Below, piece by piece: positions 25,500-38,662 of a DNA stretch of 64,000 nucleotides. The number at the start of each line of letters is the position of its first letter. Within the stretch, counting starts at the first letter, position 1. The translations under genes and the position numbers were made by a program. The stretch is from Octopus vulgaris (taxonomy: Eukaryota), in assembly GCA_951406725.2 (NCBI GenBank), contig OX597820.1, positions 105,214,001 through 105,278,000 of the forward strand, written 5' to 3'. The notes under the pieces are model-generated. The model was not told the origin of the DNA. It searched no databases and saw nothing but the letters and a program-made list of their open reading frames with translations.

Positions 25500-26790
25500 A
25501 AGGTAAAGGTGATGCTTTAGATAGAAATAACTACAGGGGTATCAAACTGCTGGACCAGGAGATCAAGGTCACAGAGAGGGTCATATCCCAACTAATTAGG
25601 GATAGAGTCTGCTTAGATGAGATGTAGTTCGGTTTTGTGACAGGTAGAAGCACCATTGATGCTATATTCCTGGTATGGCAATTGCAGGAGAAATATCTAG
25701 CCAAAGATAAACCCCTATACTTGGCTTTTGTTGACTTGGAGAAAGCCTTTGACAGCATCCTCTAATCCCTTATCTAGCGGGCAATGCAGAAACTGGGGAT
25801 TGATGAGTGGTTAATAAGAGCTGTAAGGCCCTGTACAGGGATGCGGTTAGTAGGGTAAGGGTCAGCAATGAGTATAGTGAAGAATTCTGAGTAGAAGTAG
25901 GGGTTAACCAAAAATCAGCCCTCAGTCCCCTCTTATTCATCATAGTCCTCCAGGTAATAACAGAGGAATTCAAGACAGGTTGCCTCTGGGAGCTCCTCAA
26001 TGCTGATGACCTTTCTCTCATAGTGAAATCACGACCAGAACTAGAGAAGAAATTTCAGGTGTGGAAGCAAGATTTAGAATTGAAGGGCCTTAGAGTCAAT
26101 GTTGCAGAAACCAAAGTCCTAGTAGGTAAGAAGGCGAACACATCACAAACCCTTTCAGGTAGATGGCCCTGCTCGATTTGTAGAAAAGGTGTAGGTAGAA
26201 ACGACATAAGATGTACCCAGTGTAAGCTATGGACACATAAGAGGTGCAGCAACATCAAAGGAAGACTAACTGGGAAGATAGCTTTCACATGCAGCAGATG
26301 CACAAGGGCAATAAACACCACAGATGCTCTGACATGCATAGGCTTGAAAAAAATGAAGCTAGTATGATCCGCTGGATGTGTAATGTCAGTGTGCATACAT
26401 GACAAAGTGCAAGCACCCTGAGAGAAATGTTGGACATAAGCATCAGATGTGGTATGCAAGAGAGACAACTGCACTGGTATGGTCATGTGCTGCGTATGGA
26501 TGAAGAGAGCTGTGTGAAGAAGTGTCACTCCCTAACACTGGAAGGAACCTGTGGAAGAGGGAGACCCAAGAAAACATGGGATGAGGTGGTGAAGCATGAC
26601 CTTCAAACGTTGGGCCTCACAGAGGTAATGACGAAAGACCGAGACCTCTGGAGATATGCTGTGATTGAGAAGACTCGGCAAGTAAAGTGAGATCACAGCT
26701 GTAGCCTACTTCAGTGTTGCATAACCGACCCATTTAAAAAGTACCTTTGAATCGTCAGGTGACACGCTGTACTTGAGGAGAGCTATTGAG
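25500..26790 (+). mobile_element. RTE-clade LINE fragment, degenerate, internally deleted
   Basis: NYRGIKLL, AFVDLEKAFD, ADDL, WPCSICRKGVG..CTQCKLWTHKRC, RGRPKKTW; homologous to 61830-64000. Confidence 0.88.
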
Positions 26791-27417
26791 TCAAGTAAAA
26801 TCAAAATCAAATCAAATTACCATCAAATGGAAATTGTAGTTGTGGCTGATACCAGTGTCACCTGACTGGCTCCCATGCTGGTGGCACACAATAAGTACCA
26901 TTCATGTGTGGGTCGTTGCCAGTGTCGCCTGACTAACTCCCCGTGTTGGTGACATGTAAAAAGCACCATCCGAATATGACTGATGCCAGTGCCACCTGAC
27001 TGGCTCCCATGCTGGTGGCACATAAAAAGCACCCACTACACTCTCAGAGTGGTTGGCGTTAGGAACGGCATCCAGCTGGAGAAACATTGCCAGATCAGTC
27101 TGGAGCCTGGTGCGGCCTCCTGGTTTGCCAGTCTCCAATCAAAACGTCCAACCCATGCCAGCATGGAAAAAGGATGAAAATAATGTTTTCTTTTGATACA
27201 TTCTACCAGTATACGAATTTTTAAAGTGTTTAGTTAACTAGAAATTGTGTTGAAATCTGGCTATCAAAAGGAAAAGATCCTGATTAACTACTTCTCCGAA
27301 ATTTATGACTTTGTAGCTATGTTAAGAATTGTTATTGCACGTGGTGTATTGGCAGAATGGTCAGGGCCCACATGTCCCTTTAGTTCTGAGTTCAAATCCC
27401 ATCACAGTCAAGTTCGC

Positions 27418-27828
27418 GGACCTTTTCGGTTTGAATGGCAGTTTTTTCTAGTGGTGTCATATGAAATTGTCACCCATAATTATGACCCTAGAATCGATCT
27501 ACTGCATTTCAATCTGTTTTAGGGTTAGGGGTGGCAGGAAGGGTATCTTTTTTCTTTACAAATGTAAATAAAGCCAATCTGTTTCTTAAACGAGGGACAT
27601 ATTCATACGGCACAGAATGTTTTCACCTCAATAGACGTCATTGATTGGTTGAAATTGTAAAAATTGAAGGGAAAAAAACAACAAATATCTTACAAGCTAT
27701 AGAATTTTCTCAATAAAGTCAAGAGAAAAAGATATTTTATAAACACATTCTACCAGTATACGAAGTTTAAAATTTTTTAGTTACATAGAAATTATTTTTA
27801 AAAACTGCCGTTCAAACCGAAAAGATCC
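27418..27828. mobile_element. MITE with ~30-bp TIRs and 8-bp TSD (Merlin-like), inserted in a SINE
   Basis: TIRs GGACCTTTTCGGTTTGAATGGCAGTTTTT / AAAAACTGCCGTTCAAACCGAAAAGATCC; TSD AAGTTCGC at 27410-27417 and 27829-27836; related 3'-end fragment at ~27185-27280. Confidence 0.85.
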
Positions 27829-28599
27829 AAGTTCGCTTTCCATCCTTCCAGGATATATAAAGTCCTAGTCAAATACTTGTTCGATATAATCGACTGCTTC
27901 CTCCAGCAAAATATAAGTTTAGAACTTATTGTAGAAACCCCTTATTACCTCTAATAAGGAGTGTCTACAATAAGTTCTTAAGCTTAAGGCGATAAGCTGG
28001 TAGAATCGTTAGGGTATCGGAAAGATTGCCTTGCAGTATTTGTTCCGAGTTCAAATTCCGCTTTAGCTTTTCGAGGTCGATAAAATAAAGTACCGAGGTC
28101 GATGATATCGATGTACATGCAAAATATTTAACCATGTACCGAAATCTGAAGCCATTAAAAAGGTAACGTGAAAGAACCTGCTATTTATTTCAGATATTGA
28201 CTTTCCGAGTTCAAAATCCGCTGAGGTTCACTCTACCTTTTGTCTTTGGGGAATCAGATAAAATACCGGTCAAACACTGATGTACCCCTTTCCCCTAAAA
28301 TAGCTTGTACCTAAATCAGAAACCCTTATTTGAGGTAATCTTAGATCTATTGAATTGTTAAGTTGAAATAATTTCCTTTCCATCATGGATTGTTTTCGCT
28401 GTTCACCGAAAAAATATAAATTATTTCCTTCTTTCAACCGAAGAGTTCTTTATGCTGTTTGCAATGAACATCTCATTTAATTACAATGTCTATATATCTT
28501 GACTAACAACGAACGATAAAGTCCAATTATGTAGTCTTTATTTGAGATAGGTGATATTTTTATAAGGAAAAGGGGTAAACAAATTATGTAAGTATTTCG

Positions 28600-29200
28600 C
28601 TGTCTTCATATTTCGTCCGATCTGGGTTGTTATGCATTGTTTATTTACGTTTACACACAGTTCTGCAAAAAGTAGCCGCTAAATTTCTTTAAAATCACAT
28701 GCTACTATAATGAAAAAGGAAGGATATATTGGAAAATAGAGTCTAGATATATCATGTCTGGAAGAAAACAAAAAAGGACGGCGTAGTCACGGTTGGAACC
28801 ACTTTAATATAGGTACTATTTAAGAAGAGTGGTCCCAGTGCGCGCATTTGTTAAGTTTGTGAATCTGAAAGAAATTGACTGCACCATTGAAAAGGCGGTG
28901 TGGACGAGGTTCGGGTTCGTATTCAACATCTTTATAAAACCGTGATAATTACCAATGTTTGTTTTGTGACGGCATGGTTACCTAACTGGCGACGGTGCAC
29001 ATATGTAATGAATAATTGATAAATACATGGAATTTTGTGAGACAGCAGCGAAGGGGACGATGCAGTCCCTTAACCTGCGCAACAGACAGTGCACCTGTAT
29101 TAAATATTAATGTTAATCTATCGTGAACCCACAGTAAAGGATGGAATGCTAACAGACCGGGTCGTCGACGTGCGTCTTCTTCACTTGGATATATTCGAGT
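28600..29200. promoter_or_regulatory. Possible promoter/first-exon region of the ZNF gene
   Basis: Unique sequence with locally frequent CpG (GCGCGCA, GGCGG, GTCGTCGACG) in an otherwise CpG-poor window, ~4 kb upstream of the ZNF ORF. Confidence 0.35.
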
Positions 29201-30859
29201 TGTTGAGCAGCCCCAGATCATTCCTGATTGAACAGAGATATGATCAAAGACATTCCTACCATGACCATCCGTTTTTTGGGGGTTTTTTTTTATCCAGGAC
29301 AGTGTGTGTTTATAGGGATTACATTATAGACAATGTGTAAGGCGGTTTGGTTTAATAGACAGATTAGCTGCTATGTTTAGCAAATTGAGCAATCATATAA
29401 CAGCTACTTTCTCATTGACGATTACAATGGAACCATTTAACAATAAAATTACGTCAAGGATATTTGTTTGTACTTGACAATACTTAGTAGAACGTAGGTT
29501 CACGGTATTTTACTCGAAAAGAGGTCTGACGGAAAATAACTAAGGGATATTTATTTTCTAAAGATTTCGCTTGGTAGATTCTATCAGAGTAGCCTCCCAT
29601 GTGTTTTTCTTTTTTAATTCAAACCTTTTCAGAGGGAGTTTTTGTTTATTGATTGCAGTGCTAGTGATAAGGGTGTGAATTGACAAGTTGTGTCAGAGGA
29701 TTAATGGGAGAAAAGCAGAAACTGATAAAAGGGCGATAAGATGGATTGAGAAGGAAGAAATGCAATGCTACCTCATGGTATGTATGGGTAGGTTGAGTGG
29801 TGGTACATGGAGGAGAGATGATGGCTTATTTTACTTTTTATTCAAACTCTAATTAGCAAACAAGTGTCATTGTTTACAGACTTCCAGCAGGCCAAACACT
29901 ACTTCAGTGCATCACAGAAAGTAACAAGATAGTATCTACCACTCACTACTGAAGAAATACATCAAGGGATCTCATCGAAGTTTTTCTCAACTCACTATTT
30001 TACATGTGAGACCAGTGGTTAGAGCATCAGACTCACAATCATGAGGTAGTGAGTTCGAATCCCGGACCGGGCTGTGTGCTTGTGTTCCTGTGGAAGACAA
30101 TTTTACGTTGCTCCAGTTCACTCAGCTGTAGAAATGAGATGCGACGTCACTGGTGCCAAGCTGTATCGTCCCCTTCACCTTTCCCTTAGATAACATTGGT
30201 GGCATGGTGTGGGGAGGCTGGTATGCATGAGCAACTGCCGGTCTTCCATAAACAACCTTGCCTGGACATGTGCCTTGGGGGAGAACTTTCTAGATGCAAT
30301 CCCATGGTCAGTCATGACTGAAGTGGGTCTTTACTCTTTATTAGTATAGCATTCATTCTATTCTGAATTCAGATTCTTCTGGGTTTAATAAAAATTACAG
30401 TTGTTTAACTCTTTTTATATCAACCCTTGCTGTTTTAAAGTGATCTAAACTAAAACATACACTATATATACACATGCGCACACACACACATATACATATA
30501 TGCATACACTTTTCCATGCTTGTATGGGTCAAATAGGTTTCATTGTCACAGATTTTCTACGGTTAGATATCCATCTTGTTACCAATCCTTACCTATTTCT
30601 AAGCAAATTTGTACTTCCCCATGACCAGACATATTTTCACAAAGACTGAAAATGAGGAACTCTGGCTTGTATGATAATTATACTCATTTATAACTATCTC
30701 ATTGCATTTGGAAAGTTAAGCTGTTTATCCTAATTTTTCATGCAAAGAACCACAAGTTAATTTTTACAGCTGACTTGGTCTAGCCCACAAGGTTTCCCAC
30801 CAGTAATAATTTTGGCCACCCTTTTGAATTCAGCATCTCTAGTACTTGTGGACATGCTA

Positions 30860-31030
30860 TTAAAATAAAAAAAACAACACAGCACCCATAACTTTCAGAA
30901 ATATTTTTTCACACTCAGAATTGTTGAAGCATGGGATAAACTATCCACATTTGTTGTTAGCTGTCTGAACAGTGCATCTTTCAAAAATCCCATGCTTCCT
31001 AAAATTCACCAACACTACTCCTGATGTGCT
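30860..31030 (+). mobile_element. Old CR1 3'-end fragment
   Basis: Diverged match to the reverse complement of 23770-23930. Confidence 0.6.
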
Positions 31031-31379
31031 TACGCTCCTTCAGTCTTTATAACACTTTTCTCTAATTTTGTGTTTTATTCCATGTACTGAGAATATATTT
31101 CTAGCCTTCATTGTCTTTCTTTACTTTACTGATATGTTTGCCCTTTGTCCCCTCCTTTAACCCTTTCTGATCAGTTGTAATGCAGCTAAGTGTTGTATAC
31201 ATTAAATCTTATTATTTGCTTTTCATCCTTTTGGGGTTGATAAAATGAATACCAGTTGAGCACTGTAGTCAATGTAATTATCTAACCCTTTCCCACAAAA
31301 TTTCAGACTATGTGCCTATAGTAGAAAGGATCATCTTCAACAACAACAACAAGAAGCTAGTACATGCTAATTTAATTAG

Positions 31380-32090
31380 CAGGAATGTTATCCTGAGATT
31401 TACTAACAACAAATCTTTTCTTAGGATTCCTGCAGAATACAGAACTGCACTTTTCTGCAAGTCAACAATGTGACTGTATCTTTCAGTCTTTAAGGTAGCA
31501 TCTTGGGTGTTGTGTCAAGTGCACAAATAATTGTCGTCTTAGTCTTCCAGTCTCTTTAGCTGTCTGGCAAGATCCTGGCATTTCTCTTTTTTTTTTTTTT
31601 TCCCCAATTTCTTTGGAATCAACTCTGTTTTCATAGGGAATTGCAAAGTTTATAATCTTACACTGTTTATTTTGTTCTTTGGGGAAGTTCCATAAGAACC
31701 TGTAATTCTCATTCATTGTTACAGTCTGTGATTCAATGTCAATATCACTTCCCTGCTATTTCAAAGCCACACACTTGGCTGATGCTTGCTTACTGCTTGC
31801 TTACTCAAGAGATGACCTACGCATTTGTCTCGTTTCCTACAGAGTCTTCATTTGCTGTCTGACTGAGTTTTGTCAATCTTTGCCTTTATCAGATTCATCC
31901 TAATGGCTTGTTCTTGAGCAGCTATAATTAGCACTTTGATCTCCCATTTCAAGTTTTTGTCCATCAGCCATAAGCTAGCATTTACTTTCAATACTCTCAG
32001 TTTGTTACATGAATTGGCCATATAACTCCATTTCTGTCTGCTCTGTTGATCTTCCTTCCCTTCTTGAATTCTTCTATTATTTATGTAGGT
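31380..32090 (-). mobile_element. R4/Dong-like LINE C-terminal remnant (zinc knuckle plus restriction-like endonuclease)
   Basis: AQEQAI, (C)RLC knuckle remnant, NKQCKIINFAIPYENRVDSKE.EK in ORF 31483-31716. Confidence 0.65.
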
Positions 32091-32570
32091 TTTGGGGGAT
32101 ATCTAACTGCCAATACTATTTTTTCTATTATTGTTGTTGTTATAATGCTTAATGGCATTTCGTCCGTCTTTACATCCTGAGTTCAAATCTGCCAAGGTCA
32201 ACTTTGCCTTTCATCCTTTTGGGGTTGATAAATTAAGTACCAGTGAAACACTGAGGTTGATTTAATCAACTAGTCCTTCCCCAAAAATTTCAGGTCTTTT
32301 GCCTTCAATACAAAGCATTATCATTATTATTAATATTATTATTATTATTATTATTAAAGTGGTGAACTGGCAGAGTTGTTAGCATGCCAGGCAAAATGCT
32401 TGGCAGTATTTCGTCTGTTGCTATGTTCTGAGTTCAAACTCCACCAAGGTTGACTTTCATACTTTTAGAGTTGATGAAACAAGTACCAGTCAAGTGCTTT
32501 GGTTAATGTAATTGACTAACCCCCTCCCCAAAAATTTCAGGCCTTGTGCCTATAGTAGAAATTATTATTA

Positions 32571-32612
<42 letters not shown>

Positions 32613-33078
32613 TTTCAGAATTCGAATGCAGTAGCAGTTGAGACATATCAGCCATGCAGATGATGGAAGAATGTTGTTAAATGAAGCAATTTTATCCAAT
32701 AAATTGGTGATTTTAAAACCAAAATAGTTTTATCCAAAGGACATCAAATAATAGCAAAGTCTTTGATACACCATGACACTATGCGTATACACATTTCATT
32801 GTCTTCAGTCTTTCTTGAAACATATTGACAAGCAATGTCGTGATGGAAACCTGCAGTTTTTTTTAAGGTTTCTCTATGAGAGTTTCCTTCTGTTTTATAA
32901 CTGTGATATAATGTTTACAAAACTAGAATGGAAGCAACATATATTGCATTCCTTTAGCTTCAGTGTATTTCAAGGATTTATTACATCCCATTAAACTACT
33001 TCAAATGGTTTGACCCTCTGAGTTAAATAATATTCACCTCTTGAAATTCAAAATTCTGTCTCTTGCTGGTATATTGTC

Positions 33079-34980
33079 ATGATGGAGACAAATACATTGA
33101 GTGTGGCTGCTAATATTTCTCAAGATAAACAGGATGAAAATAAACTAATAAGACCCAAAACAAAAGAGGTAACAGATAGCAAAAAGATGACATCTACCAG
33201 AAAACACAAAATAAAGCGAATTTTCTGTGAGTTATGTGAAAAGAAGTTTTGTAAAAAATCTGAACTACTGATACATATGCGATCTCATACAGGAGAGAAG
33301 CCATTTCAGTGTGAGATATGTGATAAACGATATTCAAGGAAATCAGTACTTAGGGTACACAATAAAACACACTCTGGAGAAAAACCTTTTCCTTGTGAAA
33401 TATGTAAGAAATGTTTTCCAACTTGTTCACATTTGAAAAGACACATGATGACACATACAGGTGAAAAACCTTTCTCTTGTGAGTTATGTAACAAGCAATT
33501 TTCCAGTAGTTTTGTACTGAAAAGACACATTAGGACACACACTGGGGAAAAACCTTTTCTTTGTTTAATATGTGGGAAATGCTTTTCTGAGAAATTTGAA
33601 ATGAAGATACACACCAGAACGCATACAGGCGAGAAACCTTTTCCTTGTCAGATGTGTGGTAAAAGTTTTACAACAAACTATAAGTTAAACTTGCATATAA
33701 AAGTGCACACTGGAGAAAAATCATTTCAGTGTAAACTTTGCGGAAAAGGACTGTCCACGAAATCAGAGCTAAGGTTACACATACAAATTCATAGTGGTAA
33801 GAAGTCCTATAACTGTGAGGTGTGCAATAAAAGTTTTTACACAGTATATAAATTAGATGTACATAGGAAAATACATAGTGGTGAGAAAGAATTTCACTGT
33901 GAAATCTGTGGAAGAGGTTTCTCAACAAATTACAATCTCAATCTTCATACCCGAACACACACTGGTGAAAAACCTTATCACTGTCTTACTTGTGACAAAA
34001 ACTTTTCTTCTAAATCTGTACTAAGGTTACATACACGAAAACACACTGGAGAACAACTATTTTATTGTGATATTTGTAATAAAGGATTCTCTGCCAGCCA
34101 AAACCTGAAATTACACAAACGGACTCACACTGGAGAAAAACCATTTTCTTGCGAGATTTGTGGGAAAAGCTTCTCTATAAGCTCGCATTTACAGGTGCAT
34201 ACAAGAAGTCACACAGGGGAGAAACCATATCGCTGTGAAATATGTGGCAAAAGCTTTTCCACCAGTTGTAATTTAAACTTACACACTCAAACACATACGG
34301 GGGAGAAACCATTTCAATGCAAAATCTGTTGCAAAAATTTCACTAGAAGTTCTGTTCTGAAGTTACACAACAGGTTGCACACTGGGGAAAAACCATACCA
34401 ATGTGATATATGCAGCCGAAAGTTTTCTACAAAATATAATTTACTTATACATAAAAAAAGACATGAGAAGAGCAAGAAAGAAATTCAGTGTCAGATATGT
34501 AATAAAAAATTCCTTACAACTTCTGATTTAAAAGTTCATACAATAGCTCATCTGGAAGAGAATTCATGCCACTGCATCATTTGTAGTAAGACTTTTACAA
34601 CTAGTTATGAGTTAGATTTGCATCAAAACAACCATAAAAATGAAAAACCATTTGCTTGTGGAATATGTAGGAAATCCTTTCTTGTTCTAAGTGAACTTAA
34701 AAAACATGCTTATATGCATGCTGGAATAAAACCCTTTCACTGTGAGACATGTGGGAAAACTTTCCTGAAGGCATCTGATCTAAAGGTTCATGTTAGAACT
34801 CATACAGGAGAAAAACCCTTTTGTTGCCAAATATGTGGGAAATACTTTTCTCGAAGCTCGAGTTTGAAGAGTCATAATCGAACACACACAGGGGAGAAAC
34901 CATTTCACTGTCAGATATGTGGGAAATGTTTTTCTCAAAGTTCTGGGCTAAACAGACATACAAAAATACACACAGGTTGA
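33079..34980 (+). CDS. C2H2 zinc-finger protein, 633 aa, 21 tandem fingers in one coding exon
   Basis: Intact ORF; 21 C-X2-C-X12-H-X3-H units, mostly TGEKP linkers; candidate acceptor ATTTTCAG at ~32619 for the exon; true start could lie in an upstream exon. Confidence 0.93.
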   Translation: MMETNTLSVAANISQDKQDENKLIRPKTKEVTDSKKMTSTRKHKIKRIFCELCEKKFCKKSELLIHMRSHTGEKPFQCEICDKRYSRKSVLRVHNKTHSGEKPFPCEICKKCFPTCSHLKRHMMTHTGEKPFSCELCNKQFSSSFVLKRHIRTHTGEKPFLCLICGKCFSEKFEMKIHTRTHTGEKPFPCQMCGKSFTTNYKLNLHIKVHTGEKSFQCKLCGKGLSTKSELRLHIQIHSGKKSYNCEVCNKSFYTVYKLDVHRKIHSGEKEFHCEICGRGFSTNYNLNLHTRTHTGEKPYHCLTCDKNFSSKSVLRLHTRKHTGEQLFYCDICNKGFSASQNLKLHKRTHTGEKPFSCEICGKSFSISSHLQVHTRSHTGEKPYRCEICGKSFSTSCNLNLHTQTHTGEKPFQCKICCKNFTRSSVLKLHNRLHTGEKPYQCDICSRKFSTKYNLLIHKKRHEKSKKEIQCQICNKKFLTTSDLKVHTIAHLEENSCHCIICSKTFTTSYELDLHQNNHKNEKPFACGICRKSFLVLSELKKHAYMHAGIKPFHCETCGKTFLKASDLKVHVRTHTGEKPFCCQICGKYFSRSSSLKSHNRTHTGEKPFHCQICGKCFSQSSGLNRHTKIHTG

Positions 34981-35819
34981 AGTGATGTGCATATCATTAA
35001 AATAGTCACTTAATTCAGCTATTCTCATCAATTCCCTGCTTCTGGTATTTTCTTTTTCTTTTTTCAAAAGCTTACCTTTAGCTTCAAAGATATTTCTTAT
35101 AAAGATATAATGGTTTTAATTTTGAATAGGACACAAATATCTTTCTTTTAGAAAACAAAAAGAGGTTCTATAATCAGACCCAGCTTAAAACTAAGTACAA
35201 ATTGGTGAACAAGAGAGCTGAAGACAATCAGAAGTCAAACTGACTGAAACATTATATAAATTGTAAAATACATATAAACATAATTGTGATTAAACATTAA
35301 GTTTACTTAATGAAAGTAACAAATGCTAAAATTTTATTTTGATGCTGTTGGAATATTTTCTTTCGGTAATATTTTGCAAACTTGATTTACATAAAAGTGA
35401 TAACCTAGAAAATATGTTTTGTACATTTTTCTAACACGCATTATTCTGCCTTTGTCTTTATAATGACAACTCATTTTGTGAACTCTTCTTTTATTTACTT
35501 TTACTTGTTTCAACCAGAATCTGTGGCCATGCTGGAGCAGTTGTGTTTTTCTTTTCTTTTTTCTTCATGTTTAATACCTCATTTCCTAATCATTTGCTAT
35601 CTTTTAGTAGAGAATATACTTCTTCTGATACCTTATTTATATATTCCATCAAAGCAGCACGCTGGCCAATGCATCATCATCTTCAACGCCTTCAAAATCA
35701 TCCTCATCATTATTTGACCCCTTAGCATTCAGATTTTTTGGTCAAACGTGATGCTTATTTATTTACATTGCTTTGAATTAGTCACATGTTGTAGTTTCAA
35801 GATGTCAATGGTGTTTTAT

Positions 35820-36198
35820 TCTTTTACTTGTTTCAGTCATTTGACTGCAGCCATGCTGGAGCACCACCTTTAGTTGAACGAATCAACCCCAGGATTTATT
35901 CTTTGTAAGCCTAGTACTTATTCTATCAGTTTCGTTTGCTGAACCACTAAGTTATGGTGATGTAAACACCAGCTTCGGTTGTCAAGCAATGTTGTGGGGA
36001 CAAACATACACACACAAACACATACATATATATATGTACATCGGGCTTTGTTCAGTTTCCATCTACCAAATCCACTCACAAGGCTTTGGTCATCCCAAGG
36101 CTATAGTAGAAGACACTTGCCCAAGGTTCCATGCAGTGAAACTGAACCCGGAACCATGTGGTTGGTAAGCAAGCTACTTACCACACAGCCACTCCTGT
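35820..36198 (-). mobile_element. SINE family A, nested in a piggyBac-type MITE (~35715-36320)
   Basis: Reverse complement of 10272-10667; flanks match 37104-37324. Confidence 0.78.
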
Positions 36199-37103
36199 GT
36201 TTATATATTTTTAGAATGACAGTGTAGAATAGGTGTGCAAGGCCAGATCTGGCCAGTTTGAACATAAAACAGGTAGAATAGTTTTGGCTGGATATGGCTG
36301 GTTTAAATATTAAAGAGTTAAAATCTGTTTTCCATGCTGGCATGGGTGGGCTGGTTGGTTCAATAGAATCTGACAAGCCAGAGGGTTGCATTGAATTCTA
36401 ATGTCTTTTTTGGCATGCTTTCTACAGCTGGGTGACCTTCCTAACACCAATCTCTGTACAGGGTGCATTTTTTTATGGTAACCAGTACTGATGTGCTCAC
36501 CAAGTATCTGGCAAGATAAGACCTCTCCACTGAGTGGAGGGTGTAGTATTGAGACCGGGTGGCATTATGGCAAGCGTTGAGAAACTAAAGTATGATAGAG
36601 GGACAAGAGCAGGAGCAGGTGTCTTGCTGTATAAGAGATACATGGCCATCCCAGCAGGAAAGGAAGAAATGGTGACAAGGTGTCGGAGTGTTCCCTCAAG
36701 GTACAAGATGACTGTAACAGTTTAGGGACAGAGGATCAGGAAGTACATATGTTCTTGAGTGTGTGTAAGAGTGACAGATGATTAGAAGTGAATGTAATGA
36801 ACATGAATGGAGGCCTGGTCATTGGTGAATATCACTTTATAGGGGAAAAGGTGAAGGAAATAGGAGTGGATCACAGAGGAGGTGATAGGTAATACATCTT
36901 TATGTCTTATTATTCTCACTATTAACAAAATGCCAACAACCAATGTTGTGCCTTTATTGTACAGTATAGCCTTTTATTTTTTTAAATTTACATATTACTA
37001 TTCTTATTTTAGTATTATACTATTATTTACATCTGCTGTTTGTTTATCCATACATTAACTATTTTGATACCAACCCACCTATTATACAAGCTGCCTGCTT
37101 TAA

Positions 37104-37324
37104 CCCTTTAGTGTTCTCATTATTCTGCCAAAATGAATCCTTTTTTATCCACATTGCCTTGAACTAATTAGGCATTATCTTGGTGCTATGAGATTTTGAT
37201 GAGGTAGCAGTTAATTTTTAAAACGATATTGTAGGGCTGTCGTGAGAGACCAGATCTGGCCAATTTGAACATAAAACAGGTAGAATACTTTGGGCCGGAT
37301 ATGGCCGGTTTAAATGCTAAAGGG
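37104..37324. mobile_element. piggyBac-type MITE
   Basis: TTAA|CCCTTTAGTGTT...AATGCTAAAGGG|TTAA; another copy ~54490-54690; nested in a second TTAA-flanked family. Confidence 0.8.
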
Positions 37325-38535
37325 TTAAAGTAACCTAAATTTAAACCTATCAAAATTTCTTGTTAATTTATGTTCCAAAGTCCAGCTTAACACTGACAAA
37401 ATTATTTTACTAAATTCTTCATAATTTCGAAAATTAATTGAAGCAAGACAGTAGCTGGCATCCAAAAATAGCACCCAGTATGCTGGGTTAGGAAGAGCAT
37501 CTAGCTATAGAACCCATGCCAAAGAAGGCACTGGAGATCATTGCAGTCCTCTGATGCATCAGAATGCATCAAACTATCCAACCCATGCCAGCATGGAAGA
37601 CAGACATTAAATACTGAGGATGATGAAAAGCTGTGTATTTTATCAGAAATATGGTAACAAAACAGCTAGTGTCGACAAATCATCAATTGCTTGAACTTCC
37701 AGTGATCAAAAGTATTTATCAACATCATTTCAGTCCTATTGATTTCTTGATGATGAAGAGACAATCAATTATGACTCCTCACCCACCTATTACTGGCTTT
37801 GAACTCAGAAAGTAACTGCACAGGACAAGGGATTTTGTTTGACGTTCTAATGATTCTGCTAGTGTTATATATGAAGTTTACATTTGTAACTTTGTATTTG
37901 AATAGTTCATTCTATTAATCTGTAATGATTATAATTGAAACAGAGATTTAAATAGTTAATTCTGTTCGTCATTAATAATTACAATTCAAATAATAATTTA
38001 AATAAGATAATTCAATTCATCTATAATAATTATAATTAAAACACAGATTACATATAAATGAAAGATTAATTTGTTTAGCACAGGCATTGTTGTCTGGGTT
38101 AAGAAGTTTGCTTCCCAACTATGTGGCTCTGAGCTCAGTGCTATTATGTGGAACCTCGAGAAAGTGTCTTTTACTGTAGCCTCAGGTTAACCAAAGACTT
38201 GTGAACGGGTTAAACAGACAGAAACTGAAAAGCCCATCACATATGTGTGTGTATGGGTATATGAAATATTTGTATCCCCTGTTCTTGACCTCACTTGATA
38301 TTTGTAAATGAGTATTACTATCATAAAAGCAGCATTGTTTATTTGCAGTCTTCCAAGACAACATATCTGGAAAATGTTATCTTGCTTGGAAACAGGTGTG
38401 GTTTAGTGACAGAGAGGGCATCTAGCCATTGGCAGTTTGCCTCAACAAATTCTATCTGACCCATGCAAGCATTGAAAAGTAAATGTTAAAATGATGATAT
38501 ATATGTGTGTATTTGATGAGCATTTATGGATATAC

Positions 38536-38570
<35 letters not shown>

Positions 38571-38662
38571 AATATGCATACACCTATGCATTTGAGAACA
38601 CGCACTCATAAACATGTATTGTACAAAAATGTTTTTGCATGTAAGCATGAATATGCTTATAT

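Noticed and set aside
27517-27530. Telomeric TTAGGG repeats
   Set aside because: Only two units, internal to a MITE
33306-33928. Antisense ORFs inside the ZNF gene
   Set aside because: Shadow frames of the repetitive finger coding sequence
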